A stretch of DNA of 55,820 nt, counting the filler, from Blastocystis sp. subtype 4 (lineage: Eukaryota): NCBI RefSeq assembly GCF_000743755.1. It is 2 parts of 2 records of this genome, joined end to end, with 100 filler letters (N's around TTAATTAATTAA, not from the genome) between each part and the next. Parts side by side here need not be neighbours in the genome. Positions count along the whole stretch, not along the records: positions 1 to 27,909 come from NW_014569411.1; 1 more part is not named here. One strand, 5' to 3'. A model generated the notes under the pieces. That model did no database searches, had not been told where the DNA came from, and saw only the letters and a list, made by a program, of their open reading frames with translations. The position numbers and the translations under genes are program-made. Shown in pieces: positions 1 through 13,829 of the stretch; positions within the stretch are counted from its first letter, which is position 1; every line of letters begins with the position of its first letter.

Positions 1-2
1 TT

Positions 3-104
3 ATTCTGTTTTTCGTTATGGGTAAGAAGACACTTCCTGTGAAGGACAAACCTGAAGTGAAACCTCCAGTACCTGCTACTACTGACCCTGAGGCAGCTAT
101 TTAG
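3..104 (+). CDS. 3' end of a gene truncated by the window edge (hydrophobic stretch then Lys/Pro-rich tail)
   Basis: Open frame ILFFVMGKKTLPVKDKPEVKPPVPATTDPEAAI-TAG; TGTTTGTT at 149-156. Confidence 0.55.
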   Translation: MLFFVMGKKTLPVKDKPEVKPPVPATTDPEAAI

Positions 105-488
105 ACTACGTTGCCATAATAGATATTGTATTTATATTGTTGATTCGTTGTTTGTTGGTGAATAAAAGTATCAGAAAAGGGGCGTATATTTGGTATTCTT
201 TACAACGAATCTCGGTATTCGTTGCGAAGAAACGTGCTAGACCAACTGCCTCTCCGCTATCAACTCACAAAACATTGAATAGACAATATGTTGCGGTGTA
301 GCATTTAACTGACAGGTGATGAGATGATGATCTATACCAATCGTCTTTACCATAGGAAGATAACAGGACGTGAACATAGTAGTGAAAATGGAAAGATCGA
401 TCCAGAAAACACAATCAGATTCTTCTTCATTTCTCTCTTGCTTATTTCATTTTCATAACTTGCATTCCTAAAGATATACATCATTAAA

Positions 489-2648
489 ATGGAGAATAAT
501 GGGCCTACTGCAAGTCTTTCGTCATGTATATTTGTTCATCTATTTTAACTCTAGCAACAACATCTACAGAAAGAGAAGATATATCACTAGGTAATGTTGG
601 TATTGCGTATAATCATGTATAGATCATTCGGGATTTCAGTCGCCAAAGGAATCCTCAAGTGAATTGAAAGTTCCCGAGACTCAGACAGAAATTGATCAAA
701 CAGAAACAATAACAAAGCAACTAAGTACTACATGGACAGGGGATGGACAGCGTAATTTAGAAAGTCGCCTTTCCCGAACTTTTCCTGGTAATATATAGTA
801 GATATTCTGACTTTGTAGATGGATTCTCTGGTAACGTAACTGCGAAAGAAGAATCATCACTTTCGCAATCTCAGGGGAGTGTAAAAGTGGATTCAATTAG
901 TTTTCGGGAGTTCAGTCCTATGCTTCGTACTCCTTCTTCTTTATTTGGCGACATTCCTGCTGGTCTTACTCTCAATCGCAGTCCATCTTCAAATCTGATT
1001 TCAATGGGAATTCCATTGTATCAACGAAATCCTTCATTTGACGGTAGCTTTGTTCCGGATCTCACTTCATATTCAATTCCAGTAGATGCAAGTTTGTTAC
1101 AAGCGGCGCAAGCAGGACCTCAAGATGGGCATTATTCAGAATCGTACAGGTTCAACGGTTTCTAACATATAGGGAACGTTTGTGGAGATCAGCAGGAGAG
1201 CGACAAGTAAGATCATAGATGAGACTTGACAAGTAGATGGCTTCATCATTAGATCGAAGTGAATCAATTTCATTGGATCCTGTGTCTGAATTGAAACGTC
1301 AACGATCTGCTACTCCAGCTCCGGTAAAGTCAGTTCCGAAGTTGGCACGACAAAATACCGAAATGGAATACGCTCAGACATATCAACCTTCAAATCGATC
1401 AGATCAGCCACTGGGAGAAGGAGTTCATGTGATTCTGACTGCCAATGTGAATGGAGTTGACTATCAAAGCGAGATGTGATTTCAGATGAATTGATTGAGG
1501 AATAGAAAGAAAAAGGATAAAAAAGACCCGAAAAAATGGACAAAAGAAGAAGATGATTTATTGCGCCAAGCTGTCCGAGAATTCGGAGAAAAACAATGGA
1601 AAGAAATTGCCCAGCGTATTCCAGGCCGTAATCACGTACAGTGCTTACAGCGATGGAAGAAGGTACTTCGTCCAGGTCTAAAGAAGGGACACTGGACAGA
1701 TGATGAAGACAATTTGCTAAGATTGTATCGAGATAAGTGTAGTAATTGGGCAGAAGTTGCTGAGAAAATTCCTGGTCGCACAGCAAAGCAATGTCGTGAG
1801 CGATGGTGTAATCATGTTGATCCGAACGTACGGAAAGGTGATTGGTCGACAGAAGAGGATCATGTGATTGTGTGTTTACAGGAACAATGGGGAAATCGTT
1901 GGTCTGCTATAGCTGAGGTGAGTGTGAGAAAGAGGAATGAGTTGTAGCAGCTACCTGGAAGATCAGAGAATGCAGTGAAGATTCGTTGGAAAACACTTTG
2001 TAGAAAAGGTATTCCAGAAGTAGGTGGTTATTCTTGGAGTGTCAGAAATAGTCCTATCATTCATCACAGAAACTTCAACCTTCTAAGACATCATCTTCAC
2101 AGCCACCAGCCAACGTTCCTCAGAAACAACCCTCCACACAGCCTTCACTGGGTCCTCTTCCTTCTTTGTATCTTCCTGCTGGTAGTTATATGAACATGCC
2201 AGTGTTTCCTATTCCACAACAGCATTTCTTTCCTTCGCCTGATCCACAGCAACCTCCATTCACGAGTGTCACTTCAGTAGGATTGACGTCACTAGAAGGA
2301 TCAGGTTTCGGTTTGCCAGTTTATTCTCAGATGAATCCGTGGTTTGGTTCTGATGGAATGTCAAGGCCATTATCATTCAACTACACATCACCACCACCTA
2401 CTGGCGATGGTGTACGTGATGAATGTGTGTGTGATTCTTAGAAGAGTAATATGATGGATTATATGTTACGATTCAATTCTCCTGATGGACAGGGACCAGG
2501 AGAGGATGCAAGTCGATTGACTACCTTCCCTACACAACCTACACTGTCAAGTCAACACTCTTTTTCCACATTGACAAATCCTTTGGATGGTCAGACAGCT
2601 AATTCTGGACCAAGTGAACCACTGAAAGAGTTACCTAGTTTGGGTTAA
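489..2648 (+). CDS. Three-repeat (R1R2R3) MYB transcription factor, multi-exon
   Basis: Three tandem W-spaced Myb repeats at 1495-2000 (KWTKEED, GHWTDDED...GRTAKQCRERW, GDWSTEED...WGNRWSAIAE, LPGRSENAVKIRW) after removing the 30-nt intron 1918-1947; start codon inferred. Confidence 0.88.
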
Positions 2649-2700
2649 TTGACTTTGTTTGTGTGTAAAACAGAAGTGAATTAAATGGAACAAACATCAA

Positions 2701-3453
2701 ATTCTACAAGTTGAATATGGAGAGAGGGAGTGTGAAACATGATTTGGGTATAATAACGGAAGTTGCAATGGAGAGTAAAGGGTACAAATGATAACTCAAT
2801 CTCCCTCAATACATTATTTACAAACTCATCACTATTTCGCTTCCATCGTCGACAGTACTTATAGAAATCATCACTCAATTCACCAAAACGCATCGAAAGA
2901 TCGAGTTCTTTGTCCTATGTGTAAGAGATAAGATAGGTGAATGCTTGTGTGATATGACTGAGTAAACGATTCTGACGTCGTCGCAGATTCCAGGTGTTTA
3001 TCTTCTCTAGTCGTCGTTTCCGGATACCTTTCACATCAAAGCGAGATGGAGATTGTATTTGTATTGCTTCTTTAATAATTGGCTGTTGAAGCGGATGTCG
3101 ATTAATCTTCGGAGATCGTAATTTGTTGCCCTGTCTGGATGGAATCAACGGTATGTTTCGAGATAGGGTCATTTGAATCTTATCCTAGGATTAAATGATC
3201 CTATAATCTCTACGGCACTCTCATCTTTATTGAAGACACATACCTCAGGGGATGTAGAAGCGAATTTTACTCGTTTTCGCTTTGGAGAGAAGGATGTCTG
3301 AGGAATGGTTTGCTGACTGTTGGCATCTGACAGTGCGATTTTCTGTTCATCAATTCACATATCCACTCGTACCTTTTTCTCTTTCTTAGCTTCATCGTTC
3401 TGTTTTGGAACGACATTCTCATTTTCATCAAAAATAACAACTCTCCGATTCAT
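2701..3453 (-). CDS. Hypothetical basic protein with an RVKF motif; stop probably created by polyadenylation
   Basis: ORFs 2681-2893 and 2915-3172 plus upstream exons from ATG 3453; frame ends GTA GAA T, 4 nt, TGTTTGTT (2696-2689). Confidence 0.5.
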
Positions 3454-3518
3454 TTACAAACGGAGGAAAGGGAAGGAACAATTCCCGCCATCACATGTTT
3501 AACAAACAAGTTACAGCA

Positions 3519-4253
3519 CTACTTCTTATTCTTGGTCATGTTTAGATAAAGCATTACAGCATTAGCAGCAACTAATAGGAAAATAATAACAGATACGAAC
3601 AGTTTGTTGCCAATCGCTCTTCGGTTCATATCCTATCAATCAGACGGTTTCCGTTATCCTACTCGCAACAGCTGTTTTGCCTGATTTGCATTAGTCTTAA
3701 CTTCATCAACTTTGTTGATAGAACGACTCAAACTCTCTCGTTGATTCTCTAGTGTTCCAAGTGCCTCCTGACCGATATTTTCACTTTCAATTGCACTAGC
3801 CTTCACCTTTTTCAGCACCTCATTTGTTCTAAAGGTCACGACACCATTATTGACCCACTCATTGAGTTTGTTGATTCCTTCAGCCATTTTCTTTTTCTTT
3901 TCTTCCACATTCTAAGAATCACTGGTCTCAAACACAATTACAGGGCCCATTAACGATGCCTTATTCAGCTTCGCTTCCAGCCTTGAAATTTCCTTCTTTA
4001 TACTTGCCAGAGATTGTTCAATATCCCGAACAAATCCCATTGCCTGAATCTTGTTGTTGTACGTCATTGTGCTAGCTGTGTTTCTCATAATCTTCAACGC
4101 CTCCTGAGCTTGCCCATAGTACTGTTTTACTCGTCCCAGCTGCTTTTGTGTCTCGCTCAGATTGGTATTCTCTTTGATTGCCGCAAAGATACTATTGATA
4201 TTCTTAATAATATTGCTAGCAGATTTATAGTTTGTCTGGAACGTATCGGACAT
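3519..4253 (-). CDS. Vti1-like Qb-SNARE (helical N-domain, SNARE motif, C-terminal TM)
   Basis: SNARE heptads AIESENIGQEALGTLENQRESLSRSINKVDEV; hydrophobic last exon ending MTKNKK-TAG; motif at 3501-3508. Confidence 0.78.
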
Positions 4254-4699
4254 ATTGAGCACGAAAAGTGGTGTTTCGAAGAGATCAAGATACTTGCCAT
4301 GTTTATGAAATAACCGTGACTGAATCATCCAAAAGTAGGGACAATAATCACAGTTCCAGATCCCGGATTGCATTAGTTATTGGTTCTAATCATTGTTGTT
4401 CCGGATTATTTGTGTCCTACCGGACTTCTACAGCCTAGACAACTATCTTATTTGATCTCTTACTGTGCTCCTTATTTCTCAGGTTCTATTGCTGTATCAC
4501 TTTTATGTTTCGTCAGCAGGTGGGATTCATCATGACTGTCTTATTTGTCTAGCTATCTTCTGATTCTACGCATCTACCGAAATCATGTTCTTATGATCCT
4601 CTAAACGAGGAAGAAACCCGTCACCTGGTTGGACACAATGAGCACCCTTATTTGAGAGTCTCACAATCCCCTTTTTCGTTCGGTGACTATCATGGAATC

Positions 4700-5201
4700 A
4701 TGAACCCTTATCAAAACTCTTTTGACTATTCGTACGGTCAGTTGAGTATATTTGATATTGTATTGATTATGGTTAGTATCGCCGACTTCTTCGCTCTCTG
4801 TGGATCTAGAGAATTATCGTTATCACAAAATCCGTCCCATGAAGGATTCTTTGCCTAGTTTTGATGAAGTCGATGTCACCGGAGAGTACTATTTTGAGCC
4901 TAATAGAGCTCCACTTCAACAGACTGTGCAACCAGAGATTCGTAGTTATGTATATTCGCAGAATCATCAAGTAACTAGACCAACTGATTCTTGTATTCCT
5001 ATACTTTCTGTACCATCTGTCGAAGGATCTTTTACACAGAAGACATTATCAAGACGAGAGAAAAAAATGGAGAGGAAACGTGCTTCTTATAAAACTAAAC
5101 TGTGTCGCAATTATATGCGTGGCAACTGTCAGTTTGGTAGTTCCTGCCAATTTGCTCACGGAAATCAAGAACTTAGGGTTAGAACCGAGTCTATTGAATG
5201 A
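4700..5201 (+). CDS. CCCH zinc-finger protein (TIS11/ZFP36-type, single finger)
   Basis: YKTKLCRNYMRGNCQFGSSCQFAHGNQELR; TGA at 5199-5201 then TGTTTGTT at 5207-5214. Confidence 0.85.
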
Positions 5202-5277
5202 ATTACTGTTTGTTGATGACTACTTTTTCTTCGTTTGGGAGGTTATTTTCTTAATCGACTCTATTTGATCCTGCAAG

Positions 5278-8200
5278 ATGATGCAAGTAGAGAGAAAGCT
5301 GACTGCGATACAGTTGGGGCATCTTGGTTTTCTGATCCTTTTTTGTATCTCCAGTGTATGTAGAAGATCTTTTATTTCGCTTTTGGATATCATACTCGTG
5401 ATTTCTATGATGTATAACCATGCGTTGTCAGGGATAATTGCACGGGGGTTCATTGCAACAGTCTTTGGGATTTTGAGTTTGTCCATTTGTGGAAATATTC
5501 TAGCGACGTTTGTTTCATTTCCTGTAGCCTTGGATTTGGAAAATAACGATTAGTGGATCAGTTACATTGGATTTTATTCGCTTTGTTCTATGAATGGTCT
5601 TTGTTGTTTGCTTGTTGAGGGAATGGCTCTTGTTCTTTCTATTTGGCTTCTCCTAAAGTATCCAAAAGAGAATGTACATATATACATAAATAATATCAAT
5701 TGTAGAAGGACCAAATTCACTTTCATGTGCCGATGGGTATTTTCCGAATCTCTCAGTTGCTTTCTTTTGCATTTTGCCTTTCTGTGACAAATTATATCTC
5801 ATTGATAATACTTTTGGTTATCTCACAACGGTCGTTTCTCTTTCATTCAACAAAGAAATGGTTGTTTTTCATTCAATCGACTTGTACTATTCTCCAGTTC
5901 TTATAATTGAATGGACTTATTTCTAGAGTCGTAGCTATGACTTTCTATCCCTTCGTCAATTCGATTTCTGGAATTGAATATATTCTTCAGATATTTGGAA
6001 TCCAATCCTCTCTTCTCCCACTCATGCTATTTTTCAATCTCTTATCACTATCTCTCATTTTGCATACACCTGAAGAGGATCCAAATTCTTCTTCACTCTC
6101 CTCCAGTCCTATCGAAGTGTCTTCAATTCACCACTTCTTATCCTCTCACGGAATCTCCATTCTTATCTATGCTACTCCTATTCTTCTCTTCATATACTAC
6201 TCACTCCTTCTACTCTGGGTTGGATTGTATCCTTCTCTCTTCTCATGTGGATTCCTAATATTTGGACTGGTTGATGTTCTGTTCTGTTGTTCATCTCAAC
6301 ATGCCTACAATAGGAAGGAGGCTGAACTGCTATTAAATGAACAGGGAAATGATTCTAAAAACTTCTTGAACTCAATCCAATCTCAATTTATCGTTCTTCC
6401 TAATATTGTATGGAGACAGCTCACATTGTGGTATGGTATTCTGGTTCAATTAAATTCGTTCTTTGGTTCTGTTTCATTCTGTTACTTTATTCGTAATCCT
6501 CGTTTTTTATTGGCATTCTTTGGTAATCACATTGGAAGTCTGTTTTCAGTGGATCGTTATATTCAATTGATAATCATAGTATTACTGTACAGTATTCAAA
6601 GAGTGTTCATTCTGTTCTTCATTAACTCTAGTTTTATCAATACTTCAATATTAAACACATAAATATGTTGAATTTCAGTCATTCCATTTCTACTTCATAT
6701 TCAGTTCTTCATCACATCTATCACACTCTCTCCATACTCATTCGCTATTCTATCTTCCTCCTTCTTGCTGCTAAAATGGACATACCACTCTTCATTCTCA
6801 CTTGTCTCAGTGTATATGATCATTTGGTTAACATTCCTTCTATTCCACTGATATCAACTGTTCTTATCATCATAAGCAAGGTGGGCTCTTCAATTCTTCT
6901 TCCTGTTCTTCTCTCTTGAATCTATCATTTCTAGTCTTCTCAATTAACTGAACTCTTTCAGTTATGGGGTCTGATGGGATATGAGAACCCTACTCAACCT
7001 CTCTCTTTGTTCCCCTCGCTTCTTCTTCCTCTTCTTCTTTTGCTTCTCATATCTCTTTCTTCGTTTCTTCCACCATTATCTCTTGCTCCCTCTTCATCAT
7101 ATCTCCTTCTTCTCATCACTTGTTTGCTATGTGTCTTCATAGATACTCCTTCTCTCTCTGTTACTCTTTCTCTCCTTCTCTTCCTAATCATAATCACATT
7201 TCATGTTTTTAAACCATCCAAACTTGTTTCTATCATTTTAACTTCAATTCAGTTTTTTCTTCTCCTTCTATCCACGTCATCTGTCCTTCTAAATTTCACT
7301 TCACTCACTATTCATCTTCCTTCCATTATCTCTTCAATAGAATGGGGACTATATAAATCGATTCATTCACTAAGTCCAGATTCACGGTATGAATCATAAT
7401 TAGAGGAAGATCATCAATCAGGACGTGTGTTCAGTTATCTAGCTCCCTTATTTATCAAATACTATTCATTTTATCTTTATACTCAATCCAATTCATTCAA
7501 ATCATCATCCAATCCGTTAACAGAACCACTCATTGAATCAGTCACTCCTAAACCAGCCTATTCTTCCTTTGATCGATTTGTTCATGTTGTATGTATGTTT
7601 CTGTGTTTCCATAATAGCTTTGTATTGCTGGAATTCTTGCTTGTATTTCTGCAATGCCCAATATTGTCACTTTTTTAATTCTTTTCTTCCTGATTGTATG
7701 AATGTCTTTACCATCTCATTCATAGTTCTTCATTCTGCGATCTGATTATCCTTGGAAACAATGTGGTCACTATCTCATGATCCCCGTGTTTATCTTCAGT
7801 GTGATTCAATCCCTTGGTTCATTCTCGTTCCTCTCTACCTGTTCTCATCGTGTTCAACTTCTATTAGAGTATTGTTGACTCATTCTGTGACAACATAGGA
7901 TTCTGGGTGTATGCTCATCCTATCCATTTGCTACTCCCATTGAAACTGTTACATTCTGGTCCCAAGAATTCCGAGAAGTGGTTCACTATAAGACATTATT
8001 GATGCGAAGTTCCATGATTATTATAGGTCTCACACTGATTATGAATTGGGTTAATTCTGATCATATTTCAAAGAATTGGATCCATTCTCTCTTTCATATT
8101 CGATCTCATTTTTGTTCTCCTGTTGAAGTAGTTGAAGTGGAAGATGAATCAACACAGCTTGAGAAAGAAGAACAAGAGTTATTGAAAGACTTATCGTCAG

Positions 8201-11200
8201 GAGAATGGAGTGACACTCTGGCTGATCAGGAGAAGAGAGTAGGTGAACTGGAGAAGGCATCAAAGCGATTGAGCAAGATTCACAAGCAAAAGGAAAGATT
8301 AATGAGAGGAATGAAGAGAAAACAAGAATGGAGGAGGATTCGAACAACTGTTAGTTTGGGGTTGAAGAAATGTGTTCATTTATGTTATGATTATTGGAAT
8401 TCCATTTTATCTTGTTTGTTATTGGGGTTGATGACGATTGGAGGTGATTATCTGTGAATTGGATAATTGATAGCAGGTACTCAAACAGTATCATCACTCA
8501 TGAACCTTCTCTTCCTATCAATTCTACTCTTTTCACAGAAGTCCATTGTAACTCGGAATCTGTTGGCTATTTGGTCTTTGATTGAGTTTCTCTGGGTATC
8601 ATTGCAGCCTTGTTTTTATACAATGCTTCTTTGATTCATAGATCAGTGGATCTCTACTTCGTTATCTCCCTCATGGAATCATTTCTTCTTGATGTCTGAA
8701 TACTGTTATACTTCGCTCATGATTGATCTTCTTGAATTCTTCCTTGCTGTTGTCATGACTACACGAAGTCAGAATTCATCTCAATCACTTAAGAATGAAG
8801 TAAAGATAAATCGAATAGATGATTGGATAGACAAAATTCGGTCTGTTTTCAGTCATGAATGAACTCTTCCTGTTTATTCTCTTCATAACTTCACTTAAGG
8901 CATCCTCATTACCATCACTTCTTCCACTTCTCTATTCATTCCATGGAATGTAACCAAGCTTATTGTCTGTCATTTTAGATATACGAATAGGATTACTGCT
9001 TATTCTCTTCATATCATTCAATACTGTCTTTTTGGTTTTGTTGTCTGTTTGTGTCTCTTCCAACTCCCTTTCTTCCCAGAACTCCATTCAATGAATGCAT
9101 TCTGGAGAACATTATTACATGTTTTTGGAATTGACAAATTCAGAAGTGATTTGTTTGATGGACGAGCTATGTGTTTGGGTGATGGAGTTCACATAGAAAA
9201 AGGTCAGATTGTGGAATGCCATTATTTCTCCAGTTATTCTGCAATGGGTTACTATTCCCTCCTTTTGATAGTATTGTCTCTTTATGTATGACCAGTGATT
9301 CTTGTATATCATAGGATCTGATGATTAATCATTCATCTTATCAATCATTGTTGACAGCAATGAAGAATTCAAAGGAACAAATGAAGGGATTAATGGAAGG
9401 ACTAATTTGTGAGAGAAGGGAGCAAGAACGAGGTAGTGAAAGAATGAGACATTTAGCATAGAGATTCGATTGAAGGAAACGAGATTGCAGTCGAAAGTAC
9501 AATCAGTTGTAGGTCAGGTCCTTATTGTTGAGAATACTGTATATAAAGAGAGTAATAATGAAATAAGGAGTTTCATTGTAGTGGGAGTTTCATTGTATCA
9601 ATCTCCTGAGAATCTTCGAGCAGTTCGAATTGACGGTTTTACTTGTTTGTTGGTGTTGGAGTTTCCACTGTCAACCCCTTTGGATGAGTTGACAGGTGTT
9701 GTGATTGAGTGTTGTGAGAAGATGAATGAAAAAATTGTCTCTTACTTCTTTGGTCTTGATTCTTTGCAAATTGAGAAGGAGAAAGGATGGGTAAGAGTAG
9801 AAGTACGTGGGTTAACTCCGAATAAAGAAATGGTTCTAAATGTGTGTGAGGGAACAGTGGATAATTGATTAGATTCATTGTGTATATGATCAGCTTAAGA
9901 TTACGTCTCCGGTTAGAGTTATTGTGGGAGTAGAATGTGAGAGAGAAGGAGTGAGTGAAGGGATTGATGAGAGGATTGAAGGAATGAGTGAGAAAACTGA
10001 TAAGGATGACGAGAATGAGGTGAATGAAGAGAGTGACTCATCATTCTCCAAATCAGAGACTTTGTATTTCTCTCCTTCATCTTCTTATGATTCTACATTC
10101 TATGAAATCCCTGAAGAGAATGTTAGATTTGAAGCTACAAACCATGAGAATAATTCAGTTAGTTTGGAGAGTACTAAGGATTCTCAATCCATCTCAGAAG
10201 TGGATATAAAAGTTGAACCAGTTCATAGGGATATTCCTTCTTTCCATGGTGTATGTTATGGTCAGTTCGTCAAAGACACATCAAGTATTTCCCACGGGGA
10301 ACTATGTGATGTAATTATGAATTATAATGATCGTTATATCCAACTTATCAGTCCAAAAAAAGCTCTAAATTTGTACATTCCATTCAATCATATTTGTGAT
10401 GTCTCTCTTCTTCAACTCCAATCTATTACTTATTTTCAAGTGATCGTAGTTGGTATTTGGATTGATATAATATTAGTACTTAACAGAGACTGGTTTAACA
10501 CATACATTAGCACTTCAGAATGTTCATGATGAGAATTGGAACCCAGTATTCACTATAATGAATCCTTTGTTACCATTCTCTTCGGATAAGGTATTTTCTC
10601 CTTGTATAATCTTCTCTAGTTGAATGTTTTGAATTGTAATGAACAAAAGAATTGGAAACAACAATGGAATGATTACTGGAAGAATCGTTTGAATTCGACT
10701 CAGACATGGTTGACAACAAAGTAATCATTACCATTCTGTTATTATGATAGAATGTCTTTATCACATTTTGAATGGTGTATTGTGTTATATCTTAGCTTCT
10801 TATTACTCTTACGAGGAGATCTCCTCACTGCTATTTATTCCATTCATTTGTTTGTTTTCGGGTTTATTTCCCCTCTTTCATTCACTCACACTTATCTGAA
10901 TTCAGCTATTTGGATTGTATTGATAAGTATGGGCATTCGATTCATTATCCAAACTCCATTGATTTGTCAAACAACACCTCAAGACTCAGGCATTTGGGAA
11001 TTACACTTATCACCATACTGTGATACCAAATTCATTCCAGATCAATTTCAACCGTTGTTTATTTATTCCATGTATAAGACTGATTCTATTTACATATCCA
11101 GTTTCATTCCATTCATATTGTTCCTTCATTAGAACGCTCCTCCAAGAGGATCAAGTCTCATTTGGGATTTCATTCTTCTTCTTCTCCTATTCTCTTACAA

Positions 11201-13760
11201 ACTCTTCTTATCTGTGAGAGTGTTCATTTCATCTCATTCCATAGATCAGAGGAATTCATTCAGTCAACCTCCTATCTGAGTCTCAGAAGGAGTATGAAAA
11301 GCAGCAACTCGAAGAATCTGATCCATTGGAGAGTAGTTTTGATGATTCAATTGAACAGTATGAGAATCAGTTACTCTCAATTCTAGTACATTCATCACAC
11401 GATTGTTAGAGAAGACTCCATTCAATCATATTATCTCGACTTATCTTGAAGTACTGTATAGGTATCCTTATCTATCATAGGCTCCATGTCGTATAGGCCG
11501 TAGTTATTTATGGTAAGACTGATTAGAGGAGTTGATGACCAGGCATCAAGTCGTCATTCAATTTATCATCTTTATCTATTCTCTATTGTTTATCTCCAGA
11601 GCTGTCAATCGTCGCATATCCTTTCATATCAGTATTAGTAGTCTCTTGACAATCATTATTCTGAGTATGGAAATAACATATTCAATAACCAACTACAAGC
11701 TTCTACTGTTATATTTGTTATTATATCAGTGCTTGTTATTGTGACTGATAAGTATTTGAGTCTTAAGGTACATCATTATCACTTCTTCTCAATTTAAGAT
11801 GGATATTGTTGCTAAGTATGTTTTTCATTGTGTATATGCAATTTGTATCATTATATCCTTACTTCAAGCTATTATTGAATGACTTAACATAATAGGGGTA
11901 TTTTGTTATTATTGTACCCTATCACAGTTATCAGAATTGGGACGATAATATCTTCGCTCTTTTTTATATTCTCCTTCAACTCCTTTATCTATTCTATTCT
12001 TCACTCCAAATTCGTTATGGGTAGAAATAGTTATGATTTTTGTCATTCTAGTTATCCACTCAAAGCAAATCGAATCCTTGACAAAGTGAAAGAAGATACT
12101 AGTCTTATTGGACATTTATCATATTTGGTTGTTTCTGATAAGAATGCTGATACATAGGTTTATGTGTCGATTCCATTTATCTACGAGATGAATACGCTCT
12201 TAGAGTGGGTGACAACAAAAACAGTACTGGATATGAGCAATTGGTTCTGTATTGAAGAAATACACAGAATTCTGTATGATGCAAAATATGGAGTATTTTT
12301 GTCATTAGATTGTAATGAATAGAGTGAACAACGTGAGAGTGATGAGTTGTATGCACGAGCCGAACTGCGACCTCCGAAAGAGAAAACCACAAATGGAGGG
12401 TTATTGTTGATTGGCATAATTGTAGGGTATTTTGGTATCTTTTCAGTTAGCTTCTTCTTGTATTCCCTCTTCTCTTGTTCTCATCATCATCTCCAGTTCT
12501 CGTTCAGAATCCAGTGCAATCGACATCAATCAGTTTCTCTTTGATCGTATGTTTAATCACTCTATGTCAATGATAGAGTCCCAATTACACAATTCCAATT
12601 TTGCAGTTTGATCATCTATTCACATCTCACATCATTCCTCATTCGGAGTTTGAGGCCTGGTCCAATCTATTCACAGAAGAATTGTATCATAGGAAGCAAT
12701 CTGTATTGAATGATGCATGGCAATCGGCAGCACAAATCATTCAATCTCCATCATCTTCCCTGATGCATTGGGAAGTGAGTGATTATCTTATTAAAGAACT
12801 GATTGAAGAATTGCAGGATTCTACCTCGATTCGGATGCGAATGGATATTCTGTTTGAACGAACTAATCCGACTGTGTGCCTGTAGAGAGAGAATAATTTT
12901 AAGGACACGAAACAAACACGAGGATCCTGTGAAGTTTCATTGAATCATCAACAATGTAAATATCCTTATTCTTTATGGAATTGGGGAAATCTTAATGATT
13001 TATGGAGTTACAAAAGATCCTTCAATTAAATTCAACAGAATTGGTGATTCCGAAATTGTAGGGATTTGTATCATATCTTATACTCAGTTTCCCTCGTTTA
13101 TTTTATCTTTCGTCCAGTGATAAGGTTCAGTTCATTGACAAAGATGCATCTCAGTTCAATTCTATTGCTGTAAGAATGAATGGATTATTGTACTGTAGAT
13201 GCGTATGCAAACTGATTCTGAAGGTCAGCTTGTCTGGAACATTCGTTCTAGTACTGCATGGAATGTGACAGAATTAGGATCAACTTTAGAGTTATGGGTT
13301 GTTAATGATCCAGTGTTGAATTGTAACTGACTGAAGAGATTTAATCAGTGTAGCTCTTGTAGCAGATGAAATCGGCATGTTGGGTAGTGTTGGGATTATA
13401 GGATTGTATGTGACTATTTTGGTGACTGTGGGAGGAGTAATTCGCAATTTCCTTCTTCCTCAAGTGAACTCGATCATGTGAGGATGTGGTTAAAATGAAT
13501 AAAACGTAGCTATTCGTATATGCCAGATAGTACTTTGTTGTTGAATTTGGTTCATTGTCTCTATATCTGTCGATTCAGCAAATATCCGTAATGGTGATCT
13601 GTTTGGAGTAATGATTCTAGAGCTCATTCTATTGATGAAAAGAGAATCTATGAACTTCTCATTCGAATCTTCCGTTCTCCTGAGTTGATGGTGAAATTAA
13701 CGGAGCATTGTCCAGACTACCATTGTGTAAAAAGAATAGTTTATGAAGATACAACTGTGT
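5278..13760 (+). CDS. PIEZO: Piezo-family mechanosensitive channel, divergent, many exons; stop created by polyadenylation
   Basis: Many TM-rich exons; anchor motif IPFIYEMNTLLEWVTTKTVLDMSNWFCIEEI (~12170-12262); inner helix GIIGLYVTILVTVGGVIR (~13393-13446); terminal YELLIRIFRSPELMVKLTE. 5' extent as a single gene is inferred. Confidence 0.8.
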
Positions 13761-13764
13761 GGAT

Positions 13765-13772
13765 TGTTTGTT
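13765..13772 (+). terminator. TGTTTGTT polyadenylation signal (representative; recurs after most genes)
   Basis: Same octamer at gene ends: 149, 2689(-), 3501(-), 5207, 15429, 18148, 19516, 25213, 25290(-), 27557(-), 33858, 34699, 38008, 41151(-), 42357(-), 49330(-), 49739(-), 52479(-), 55261. Confidence 0.9.
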
Positions 13773-13829
13773 GAAAATTCTTGAAGTTGCGCCAACGGGG
13801 TTATACCGCGTTTGCCGAATGAACATAGA

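Noticed and set aside
160..480. Short minus-strand ORF upstream of the MYB gene
   Set aside because: Under 30 codons, with no homology and no clear poly(A) motif
5278..13760. Many short ORFs suggesting a pseudogene or stop-codon reassignment
   Set aside because: Where checked, breaks coincide with ~30-nt GT-AG introns, and conserved genes in the window translate with the standard code
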